Shown: piece after piece, positions 52,121 through 62,526 of the stretch
How the letters are laid out: the number at the start of each line of letters is the position of its first letter
Position numbering within the stretch: the stretch's first letter is position 1
NCBI GenBank assembly: GCA_043228905.1
Contig: JBHGNT010000014.1
Coordinates: 15,066,001-15,130,000 of the forward strand
Direction: 5' to 3'
Length of the DNA stretch: 64,000 nucleotides
DNA from: Azolla caroliniana
Lineage: Eukaryota; Plantae; Polypodiophyta
Position numbers and translations under genes: made by a program
Notes under the pieces: model-generated
Databases searched by the model: none
Told to the model about the DNA's origin: nothing
Seen by the model: the letters and a program-made list of their open reading frames with translations, nothing else

Positions 52121-55100
52121 TGATGGAAATTAAATTGTCCAAATGATGGAAATTAAATCGTCACTTTCCAAACTTCACTTCTCGGCCACAACCAAGGAAA
52201 CACACGAATCGTTGTTGCAGAAAATGGGAAATGCGAAAATTAGAGTGGACACACGATTTATCGTGGAAAACCCTGTACGGGAAAAACCACGGGAGTACAA
52301 GACTCCGAACCAAACACTATGCACAGAGAAGTATACAATGGTGAGCTGCAAGGCAACGACCTTGAGCTCGCTGTCCTCGCCACAGACGGCGGAAATACAC
52401 AGAGGCGTCGACCTCTTCCTCTCTCACGCTCTATCTCTCTCACGACTGCTCTCTCTCTTCACTCCTCTTAAGTGGAAAAACAGAAACAAATAAGAAGCAA
52501 CATTAAAACTGTTTGCCCTAAGTCATATTTATACACATATGACTTTGGGGCTATTTACAACTATAGCCTCAAGGGCCCTTGGCAAACATATTCACAGATA
52601 TGTCCCCGCATCCGGATCTCGCTCCGGGTACATTCGTCATCCGGCTCCGAAGCCGGGGTCTTCATCATCCGGTTCCGAAACCGAAACCGGGCTTGTCGGC
52701 ATTCATCTCCGATATTCGACCATCCCATCAGAAAGGGACCGTAATCCCAACAAACTCCCCCTTCACTTCGGCATGGGATGTCTCTCGAATCTGATCCTCT
52801 TCCGGCATGCTTCCAGCTTGTCGGGTGTGAGCACCTTGGTCAGCATATCCGACCCGTTCTCGTCCGTGTGGACCTTCGTCAGCACGAACTCCTTGTCTTC
52901 TATCCTTTCCCGGATCCAGTGATATCTTCGCTGGATGTGCTTCGTCCGGGAGTGATAGGCCGCATTCCTCGCAAGGTGGATTGCACTCTGACTGTCGCAG
53001 TAGAGTCGGTACTCCTCCTGTCGGATACCGAGCTCTCTAATGAAGTCCTTCATCCATATTATTTCCTTGCCGGCTTCAACAGCCGCCATGTACTCCGCCT
53101 CCGTGGTTGACAACGCAACCTTCTTCTGCAGCCTCGACTGCCATGAAACAGCTCCCCCTGCATACGTCATCACATACCCTGATGTGGATCGGCTGGTATC
53201 TGCATCAGCCGACATATCCGAATCGGTAAAGCCGTCGAGTTCGGGCTTACCGGAGCCGAATCGGAGGCACACGTTTGCCGTGCCCTTCAGGTATCGGAGT
53301 ATCCACTTGGCCGCGTTCCAATGCTCTTTGCCGGGATTGCTCATGTACCGGCTCACCACTCCGAGTGCATATCCTATGTCCGGTCTCGTACACACCATGG
53401 CGTACATCAAGCTCCCGACGGCTGAGGCATACGGCACTTTCATCATATCCTCCTTTTCAGCCTTTGTCTTGGGACTTTGCTTGTTGGACAGCTTGCAGTT
53501 TGCCGGGAGGGTCGATCCGACCGGTCTTGCTTCCGACATGTTGAACCGTTTAAGCACCTTTGTCACGTACTTTTCCTGTAACAGCCACAACTGCTTCTTG
53601 CTCAGGTCCCGGATGATGTGCATCCCTAGTATTTGTCTCGCCGGACCCAGGTCCTTCATTGAGAAGGTTCGGTGAAGGGCCTTCTTCAGCATCCGTATCT
53701 TGACCTGGTCCCGTCCGACGATCAACATGTCGTCCACGTACAGGAGGAGTATTAGAAAGTCTCCTCCTTCGAACTTCTTCACAAACACGCAGTGGTCGGA
53801 CTGCGTTTTGAGGTACCCTTCGTCGGTCATGAAGGAGTCGAACTTCCGGTACCATTGCCGGGGAGCCTGCTTCAGTCCGTAAAGGCTCTTCTTCAACCGG
53901 CATACCAGGTGCTCCTTCCCTTTCTTCTCGAATCCTTCCGGTTGCTGCATGTAGATCTCTTCTTCGAGGTCACCGTGAAGGAATGCCGTCTTCACGTCCA
54001 TCTGTTCTACCTCGAGGTCCATGCTTGCCGCTATGCTCAGCACCGTCCGGATGGAGGTCATCTTCACTACCGGGGCAAATATCTCGTCGAAGTCGACGCC
54101 CTTCTTCTGCTGAAACCCCTTCACCACGATCCTGGCTTTGTATCTCGGGGGGTTTCCGGCATCTCCCGGTTTCAGCTTGAACACCCACTTGTTTCGAAGT
54201 GCCCGCTTTCCTTTCGGCAACTCCACAAGTTCATATGTGTGGTTCTCATGCAGGGAATCCATCTCGTCCTGCATGGCACTCAACCACCTGCGGCTCTGGG
54301 TGTCATGCTTTGCTTCTTCAAAGCTCTCCGGCTCCCCCTCGTCGGTTAGCAACAGGTGCTCTGGTTCCGGAAATCTCCGGGGGGCCCTTCTCTCTCTTAG
54401 AGGATATCTCCGTTCCGGAGCTTCGGTAACCGGTTCTTCCGATTCTTCTTCATCCGAATCCATTTCGGGATCGGGGCCGGTTCCGGTATCATTTTCATCT
54501 TCTTCGGCCGGTTCTGTTTCTTCACTGTCTTCGGCCGGATCCTCGAGTGCTAACCGGTCCCTTGCCGGTCGGGACTGCTCCTCGTAGAGTTGATCCTCAC
54601 CGGTCGACTTGGAGCTCTTCATCTTCTTCTCCGACTCCCAGTCGGCGAGTGTCTTGTTCTCCATGAAGATGATATCACGACTCCGGAATATCTTCTTGTC
54701 GACCGGGTCCCATACTCGGTAGCCGAACTCGTCATCGCCGTAACCGAGGAATATGCATGGCCGGGTCTTTGGATCTAGCTTTCCTCTCCGGTCCTTTGCC
54801 ACATGCACGTATGCGAGACACCCAAACACCTTCAGATGCCGGTAGGATACTTCCCTACCGGTCCACACTCTCTGCGGCGTGTCTCCGCCCAAAGGTACTG
54901 AGGGTGATCTGTTTATCACGTATGTCGCCGTCGACATCGCCTCAGCCCAAAACCCCTTGGGTAATTCCGCATGCGCCAGCATACTCCGGACCCTCTCCAT
55001 TATGGTCCGATTCATCCTCTCGGCCAGCCCGTTCAGTTCCGGCGTCTTCGGCACAGTAAACTCGAGCCGGATTCCCTTCGAGCGACAGTACTCCGCGAAC

Positions 55101-57497
55101 TGCCCCCGGTATTCCCCTCCGTTATCCGCTCGTATCCCTTTCAGCTTCTTGCCGGATTCTCTTTCCACTCTCGCGTGGAGTTCTTTGAAGACGGACAACA
55201 CTTGGTCCTTTGTCTTCAACGGGGCCGTCCACAGCTTCCGGCTGTGATCATCAATGAATGTTACGAAGTACTGGGCTCCGCCATGTGACTTCGTTTCTAC
55301 CTGACACACATCAGTGTGCACCAACTTCAATGGTGCGTTACGTCTCGTCGGTGGCCTTGAATGGAAGGAGGTTCGGTTCTGCTTACCGGCCAGGCAATCG
55401 GTGCACTTCTCCAGGTGCACATGCTTTACTGGAATAAGGTTGTCATCTGCAAGCCTCTTCATCCCCTTCTCACTCATGTGGCACAGTCTTTTGTGCCACA
55501 ACTCACCGGCAGTGTCGGCTGCCACATTCAGCTCTTCCGGACATAACCGGGCATTCATCAGGTACAGTGTGTTGTCTTTCTGGGCCCGAGCCACTATCAG
55601 GCTCCCCTTGCTAAACTTCATTACGCCGTTCCGGATGCTACCTGTGTAGCCTTCATCGTCTAGCCTCCCGGCCGAAATCAGGTTCAATCGGACCTCCGGA
55701 ACGTGTCGGACATTCTTCAGCAGCATTTTGCATCCGGTCGGGGTTGTCAACCACACGTCTCCTATGCCAGCAATCCGGCACGTACCTTCGTTTCCCATCC
55801 GAACACAGCCATGCTCACCGGCTGTGTAGGATGAGAAGTATCTTCTCTCCGGGGTCAGGTGGAACGATGCTCCGGAATCGACCACCCAGGTCGTCTCATC
55901 GCCGGCAATGTTTAGTTCACCTTCTTCGGTGATAAGCATGATTTCTTCCTCACTTGCCGCGAGTGCCGTCGTTCCTTTCCGGTCCTGCCCTCGCCGATCC
56001 GGACCTCTCCGGTCCGTGGCTCCCCGGTATGCACCGTTTCTCTCCGGTGACTTCTTCGAATCGGTGTCGTCGGCTCCGTTGTCCTTTCGGTAATGCCGAC
56101 AATTCTTCCGGAAATGCCCCGGCTTCCCACAGTGGAAGCATGTGGGTCTTCCTCTTGACTGCGACCGGGTCCCCGATTTCTCCCGTCTTTGCGGACTCCG
56201 GTTCCATTGTCTTCCCCGTTCCGATTCGGTAAGCAGCGCCTTCGAGTCGGAGGCCGGTTCTTTATCTCTCCGACGCGCTTCTTCGTTCAAAATACTTGTC
56301 TTTACCGTTTGTAGGGACAAGTTATCCTCCGTGCAGGAGGTGCTGAGAGTCACCACCAAGTTCTCCCAGCTTTCCGGCAATGTACACATCAGAATGATGG
56401 CTTGCATTGCATCCTCCAGTGGGAACTTGATCGCCGCAAGCTGGTTCACGAATCCCATGAACGTGCTTACATGTTCCACCATACTCTCGCCGTCCCGGTA
56501 CTTGAGGTTCACTATCTTCCTCATCAGGGAGGTCCGGTTCAACGCATTCTTCCTCTCGTAGAGGCCCGACAGCTTCCGCCACATCTCATATGCGTTGGTG
56601 TCGTTCGCCACATGTTGTAGAACGCTCACGTCGACGTATTGCCGAATGGTTGCAACGGCTTTCCGGTTCAGAAGCCTCCATTCCGACTCAAGTACTCCCT
56701 TCGGTATTTCCGACCTGTCAATCGGTTCGTACAGGTCCCGAACAATCAGAAGATCCTCCATCTTGATCTTCCAGTCGGCGTAATTCTGCGCATTCAGCAC
56801 CATCATCCCCGGCTGCCCGCTGCCGCCGCCTTCCATTTTCTGCAGCAACCCGCTCTGATACCAAATGATGGAAATTAAATCGTCCAAATGATGGAAATTA
56901 AATCGTCACTTTCCAAACTTCATTTCTCGGCCACAACCAAGGAAACACACGAATCGTTGTTGCAGAAAATGGGAAATGCGAAAATTAGAGTGGACACACG
57001 ATTTATCGTGGAAAACCCTGTACGGGAAAAACCACGGGAGTACAAGACTCCGAACCAAACACTATGCACAGAGAAGTATACAATGGCGAGCTGCAAGGCA
57101 ACGACCTTGAGCTCGCTGTCCTCGCCACAGACGGCGGAAATACACAGAGGCGTCGACCTCTTCCTCTCTCACGCTCTATCTCTCTCACGGCTGCTCTCTC
57201 TCTTCACTCCTCTTAAGTGGAAAAACAGAAAAAAATAAGAAGCAACATTAAAACTGTTTGCCCTAAGTCATATTTATACACATATGACTTTGGGGCTATT
57301 TACAACTATAGCCTCAAGGGCCCTTGGCAAACATATTCACAGATATGTCCCCGCATCCGGATCTCGCTCCGGGTACATTCGTCATCCGGCTCCGAAGCCG
57401 GGGTCTTCATCATCCGGTTCCGAAACCGAAACCGGGCTTGTCGGCATTCATCTCCGATATCCGACCATCCCATCCGAAAGGGACCGTAATCCCAACA
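52121..57497 (-). mobile_element. Intact Tnt1/Tork-like Copia I inserted in the 5' LTR of H
   Basis: 632-bp LTRs 52121-52752 and 56866-57497 (7 mismatches); TSD GTAGT; iMet PBS (reverse complement at 56852-63); PPT 52753-63. Confidence 0.97.
52763..56836 (-). CDS. Uninterrupted Copia gag-pol polyprotein (1357 aa from the ATG after the PBS)
   Basis: Single ORF with gag, CFHCGKPGHFRKNC, WVVDSGAS protease, HKRLCH...CTDC and D,D,E integrase, LYVDDM RT, RNase H. Confidence 0.95.
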   Translation of the reverse strand: MEGGGSGQPGMMVLNAQNYADWKIKMEDLLIVRDLYEPIDRSEIPKGVLESEWRLLNRKAVATIRQYVDVSVLQHVANDTNAYEMWRKLSGLYERKNALNRTSLMRKIVNLKYRDGESMVEHVSTFMGFVNQLAAIKFPLEDAMQAIILMCTLPESWENLVVTLSTSCTEDNLSLQTVKTSILNEEARRRDKEPASDSKALLTESERGRQWNRSPQRREKSGTRSQSRGRPTCFHCGKPGHFRKNCRHYRKDNGADDTDSKKSPERNGAYRGATDRRGPDRRGQDRKGTTALAASEEEIMLITEEGELNIAGDETTWVVDSGASFHLTPERRYFSSYTAGEHGCVRMGNEGTCRIAGIGDVWLTTPTGCKMLLKNVRHVPEVRLNLISAGRLDDEGYTGSIRNGVMKFSKGSLIVARAQKDNTLYLMNARLCPEELNVAADTAGELWHKRLCHMSEKGMKRLADDNLIPVKHVHLEKCTDCLAGKQNRTSFHSRPPTRRNAPLKLVHTDVCQVETKSHGGAQYFVTFIDDHSRKLWTAPLKTKDQVLSVFKELHARVERESGKKLKGIRADNGGEYRGQFAEYCRSKGIRLEFTVPKTPELNGLAERMNRTIMERVRSMLAHAELPKGFWAEAMSTATYVINRSPSVPLGGDTPQRVWTGREVSYRHLKVFGCLAYVHVAKDRRGKLDPKTRPCIFLGYGDDEFGYRVWDPVDKKIFRSRDIIFMENKTLADWESEKKMKSSKSTGEDQLYEEQSRPARDRLALEDPAEDSEETEPAEEDENDTGTGPDPEMDSDEEESEEPVTEAPERRYPLRERRAPRRFPEPEHLLLTDEGEPESFEEAKHDTQSRRWLSAMQDEMDSLHENHTYELVELPKGKRALRNKWVFKLKPGDAGNPPRYKARIVVKGFQQKKGVDFDEIFAPVVKMTSIRTVLSIAASMDLEVEQMDVKTAFLHGDLEEEIYMQQPEGFEKKGKEHLVCRLKKSLYGLKQAPRQWYRKFDSFMTDEGYLKTQSDHCVFVKKFEGGDFLILLLYVDDMLIVGRDQVKIRMLKKALHRTFSMKDLGPARQILGMHIIRDLSKKQLWLLQEKYVTKVLKRFNMSEARPVGSTLPANCKLSNKQSPKTKAEKEDMMKVPYASAVGSLMYAMVCTRPDIGYALGVVSRYMSNPGKEHWNAAKWILRYLKGTANVCLRFGSGKPELDGFTDSDMSADADTSRSTSGYVMTYAGGAVSWQSRLQKKVALSTTEAEYMAAVEAGKEIIWMKDFIRELGIRQEEYRLYCDSQSAIHLARNAAYHSRTKHIQRRYHWIRERIEDKEFVLTKVHTDENGSDMLTKVLTPDKLEACRKRIRFERHPMPK

Positions 57498-58154
57498 GTA
57501 GTACCCGGCTACGGAGAGCCGGATGATACAGGCCCGGTGTGAACCGGATGAGTAGTACCCGGCTACGGAGAGCCGGATGATACAGGCCCGGTGTGAACCC
57601 GATGAGTAGTACCCGGCTACGGAGAGCCGGATGATACAGGCCCGGTGTGAACCGGATGAGGAGACATATTCGTAAATATGTTTCCGAGAGCCCATCGAGG
57701 CTATATTTGTAAATAGCCGAAAAGTCATATTAGTATAAATATGACTTAGGGCAAACTTTTAGCTGTTGTTGTCAATTTCGGTCTTGCACGAAATCAGAGT
57801 GTGTAACTGTACAGAGAGAGAGAGAGAGAGTGAGAACGAGGTTGTTGCCTCTGTTGTAACCGCCGCCTGTGGCGAAGATAGTGGGCACGAGGTCGTTGCC
57901 TCCGTGGACTCACTGTTTTGTACATTCTTACATAGTGACAGTTTGCAGCCTGTGGACTGTCGTGGTTTTTTCCCCTAGTTTGGGGTTTTTTCACGTAAAC
58001 CTCCTGTGTAGTGTGTGTATATCTTCCTCTCCTTTGTGTCGCGTTTTATTTCCCGTTTTCTGTGTATCATTCCACGCTCGGTTGTGGCCGAGCGTCGCGC
58101 ATAAGGAACGTTAAGTTTCCGACAAGTGGTATCAGAGTGAAATCGACACAAAAA

Positions 58155-61100
58155 ATGGACGAATCATTTGGCGGCATGTTCAAGCTCACCGGCTCCAACT
58201 ATTCAGTATGAAAGTCGAAGATGAGGGACATGCTCGTTGTTAAAGACCTCTGGCTGCTGGTTCAGTTCGGGGACAAGAGACCAGACAAAATCGACGCCGC
58301 GATATGGGAGGTGATGCATATGAAGACAACGGCGTACATACGGTGCTTCATCGACATGAGCCTGTACAAAAACTTCAATGAAGAGAGCAAGGCTCATGAG
58401 CTCTGGGAGAAGATCGGCATAATGTTCCAAAACAAAAATGTTGTTAATCAGGTTTCGGTATTCCGGAGGCTAGTAAGACTCCGGCACCAAGATGGCTCCA
58501 GCATGGCGGAGCACATGAATGCCTTCCAGGGGCTGATCCACCAGGCAACTTCATTGGAAGTACCTCTCGCCGATGAGGTACTTGCGCTACTCCTGCTCGG
58601 TTCCCTCCCAGATAGCTGGGAGACGTTGGTTGTCACTTTGGGCAATGCCGGGCCGTAAGGAAAGCGGTTATCCCTAGCAAGAGTAAAGTCGAGCTTGCTA
58701 GATGAGGAGGTGCGTCGGAAAGACAAAGATACGAGCTCCGACTCCAAAGCGCTCCTTACCGAATCGGAACGCGGAAGACATAGAAACCGTAGTCCCCAGA
58801 ACCGGGAGAAGTCGGGGACACGGTCAAAGTCAAGGGGGAGGCCTACTTGCTTCTATTGCGGCAAGCCGGGACACTTCCAAAAGAACTGTCGGCATTTGCA
58901 TAAAGACAAGGAAACCGACGGTACTGATTCGAAGCAAACCCCGAACCGGAACGGTACAGACCGGAACGGTAAAGAACGGAGGGGGCTGGACCGGAAGGGA
59001 ACGACGGCAATCGCGGCAAGTGAAGAGGAGTTGATGCTCATCACCGAGGAGAGTGAGATAAACCTTGCCGGCGACGAGATGACCTAGGTGGTAGACTCCG
59101 GAGCATCGTTCCACCTTACCCCGGACCGGAAATGCTTCACATCCTACTCAGCCGGTGACCATGGCTGTGTCCGGATGGGGAATGAAGGTATATGCCGAAT
59201 TGTCGGCATAGGAGACGTGTGGCTGACAACACCAACCGGATGCAAGTTGCTGCTGAAGGATGTCCGACACGTTCCGGAAGTTCGTCTAAACCTGATATCA
59301 GCCGGTCGGCTAGATGATGAAGGCTACATGGGTAGCATCCGGAACGGTGTCATGAAGTTCAGCAAAGGGAGCTTGATTGTGGCTCAAGCCCGGAAGGTAA
59401 ACACACTCTACCTGATGCATGCCCGGTTATGTCTGGAAGAAGTGAACGTGGCATCCGACACTGCCGGTGAGCTGTGGCACAAGAGGCTGTGTCATATGAG
59501 TGAGAAGGGGATGAAGAGGCTTGCAGATGACAACCTCATTCCAGTGAAGAACGTGCACTTAGAGAAATGCACTGATTGTCTGGCCGGTAAGCAGAACTGG
59601 ACCTCCTTCCGACCAAGGCCACCGATGAGACGTAATGCACCACTGGAGTTGGTGCATACGGATGTGTGTCAAGTAGACACGAACTCACATGCCGGAGCGC
59701 AGTACTTCGTAACGTTCATAGATGACCACAGCCGGAAGCTGTGGGCCACACCGTTGAAGACGAAGGATCAGGTGTTATCCGTCTTCAAAGAGCTCCACGC
59801 GAGAGTGGAAAGAGAAACCGGCCGGAAGCTGAAGGCGGTTCGAGCAGATAACGGAGGAGAGTACCGGGGGCAGTTCGAGGAGTACTGCCGCTCGAAGGGA
59901 ATCCGGCTAGAATTTACCGTGCCGAAGATGCCGGAACTAAACGGACTGGCCGAGAGGATGAACCGGACCATAATGGAGAGGGTCCGGAGTATGCTAGCGC
60001 ATGCAAAACTACCCAAGAAGTTTTGGGTTGAGGCACTGTCGACGGCGACATATGTGATTAATAGATCACCCTCAGTACCCTTGGACGGAGACACGCCACA
60101 GAGAGTATGGACCGGTAAAGAAGTGTCCTACCGACATCTGAAGGTGTTCGGGTGTCTCGCGTACGTGCATGTAGCAAAGGACCGGAGAGGAAAGTTAGAT
60201 CCAAAGACCCGACAATGCATATTCCTCGGTTACGGTGACGATGAGTTCGGCTACCGAGTGTGGGATCCGGTCGACAAGAAGGTATTCCGGAGTTGAGATA
60301 TTATCTTCATGGAGGACAAGACGCTCGCCGACTGGGAGTCGGAGAAGAAGATAATGAACTCCGAGTCGACCAGTAAGGATAGACTCTACGATGAGGAGAC
60401 CCAACCGGCAAGAGACCGGTTAGCACTCGAGGAACCAACCGGTTACGGTGAGGATACCGAACCGCAGAAGAAGAAGTAGAGGAAGCTGAGACCGGAACTG
60501 GCCAAGACCCCGAATCTGATTCGGATGAAGAGCAAATGGAGGAGCCGGTTATCGAAGCCCGAAGACGTAGATATCCTCTCAGAGAGAGAAGGGCCCCCCG
60601 GAGATTTCCGGATGCAGAGCATGTTCTGCAGACCGATGAGGGGGAGCCGGAAAGCTTCGAAGAAGCGAAGGATGACACCCACAGACAAAAATGGTTGAGT
60701 GCCATGCAGGACGAGATGGATTCCCTGCATGAGAACCATACATACGAATTAGTGGAGTTGCCGAAAGGAAAGCGGGCACTCCGAAATAAGTGGGTGTATA
60801 AGTTGAAACCGGGAGATGCCGGCAACCCCCCGAGATACAAAGCCAGGATCATGGTGAAGGGGTTCCAGCAGAAGAAGGGCGTGGACTTCGACGAGATATT
60901 TGCCCCGGTAGTAAAGATGACCTCCATCCGGACGGTGCTGAGTATAGCAACAAGCATGGACCTCGAGGTAGAGCAGCTGGACGTGAAGACGACATTCCTT
61001 CACGGCGACCTCGAAGAGGAGATTTACATACAGCAACCGGAAGGATTTGTGCAGAAAGGGAAGGAGCACCTGGTATGCCGGTTGAAGAAGAGCCTGTACG

Positions 61101-62215
61101 GACTGAAGCAGGCTCCCCGGCAATGGTACCGGAAGTTCGACTCCTTCATGACCGATCAAGGATACCACAAGACGCAGGCTGATCACTACGTGTTTGTGAA
61201 GAAGTTCGAAGGAGGGGACTTCCTGATACTCCTCCTATACGTGGATGATATGTTGATCGTCGGACGTGACCAAGTCAAACTACGGATGTTGAAGAAGGCT
61301 CTCAACCGGACCTTCTCAATGAAAGACTTGGGTCCGGCAAGACAGATGTTGGGGATGCACATCATTCGGGACCGGTTAAAGAAGCAACTATGGCTGTCAC
61401 AAGAGAAGTATGTGACAAAGGTGCTTCACCAGTTCAACATGTCAGAAGCGAAACCGGTCAGATCGACACTTCCGGCAAACTGCAGGCTATCCGGCAAGCA
61501 AAGCCCGAAGACGAAAGCAGAGAAGGCGGATATGATGAAGATTCCATATGCCTCTGCCGTCGGGAGCTTGATGTACGCTATGGTGTGTACCCGATCGGAT
61601 ATAGGATACGCAGTCGGAGTGGTGAGCCGGTTCATGAGTAATCCTGGCAAGGAGCATTGGAACGCGGTCAAATGGATACTCCGGTATTTGAAGGGCACTT
61701 CAAATATGTGTCTCCGATTCGGCTCCGGAAAACCTCAACTGGACGGTTTCACCGATTCGGACATGTCGGCTGATGTGGATACCAGCCGGTCTACATCCGG
61801 GTATGTAATGACATATGCAGGGGGAGTTGTTTCGTGGCAGTCGAGGCTGCAGAAGACGGTTGCATTGTCAACCACAGAGGCGGAGTACATGGCGGCTGTG
61901 GAAGCCGGCAAGGAAATATTATGGATGAAGGACTTCATCGGAGAGCTCGGTATCCGGCAAGAGGAATACCGACTCTATTGCGACAGTCAAAGTGCCATCC
62001 ACCTTGCTAAGAATGTAGCCTACCATTCTCGGACGAAGCATATCCAGCGAAGATATCACTGGATCCGGGAAAGAGTAGATGACCAGGAGTTCGCACTGAC
62101 GAAGATCCACATGGCCGAGAACGGGTCAGATATGCTGACCAAAGTGCTGACACCCGACAAGCTGGACGCATGCCGGAAGCGGATCAGACTGGTAAGACAC
62201 CCCATGCCGGAGTGA
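58155..62215 (+). pseudogene. Disrupted gag-pol of H
   Basis: In-frame stops at about 58209, 58656, 59085 and 60294 and a frameshift near 60460; RT-RH part (60536-62215) still open. Confidence 0.93.
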
Positions 62216-62284
62216 AGTGGGAGTTTGTTGGGAAACAGGTCCCTCCGGATGGGAAGGAAGAAGAACAGTGCTGACGAACGGTAT

Positions 62285-62526
62285 GAGGAGTACCCGGCTA
62301 CGGAGAGCTGGATGATACAGGCCCGGTGTGAACCGGATGAGTAGTACCCGGCTACGGAGAGCCGGATGATACAGGCCCGGTGTGAACCGGATGAGTAGTA
62401 CCCGGCCACGGAGAGCCGGATGATACAGGCCCGGTGTGAACCGGATGATATAGGCCCGGTGTGAACCGGATGAGTAGTACCCGGTTATGGAGAGCCGGAT
62501 GATACAGGCCCGGTGTGAACCGGATG
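62285..62526. repeat. 54-bp tandem repeat array in U3 of E/H-family LTRs (also about 34085-34310, 39000-39225, 57498-57660 and 30965-31190)
   Basis: Unit gagtagtacccggctacggagagccggatgatacaggcccggtgtgaaccggat. Confidence 0.92.

Noticed and set aside
53040-56783. Many antisense and overlapping ORFs inside Copia pol genes
   Set aside because: Shadow ORFs of GC-rich coding sequence with no independent motifs
56837-56887. N-terminal 17 aa of the 1374-aa ORF call
   Set aside because: Lies in the LTR/PBS/leader; the ATG at 56836 is the plausible start
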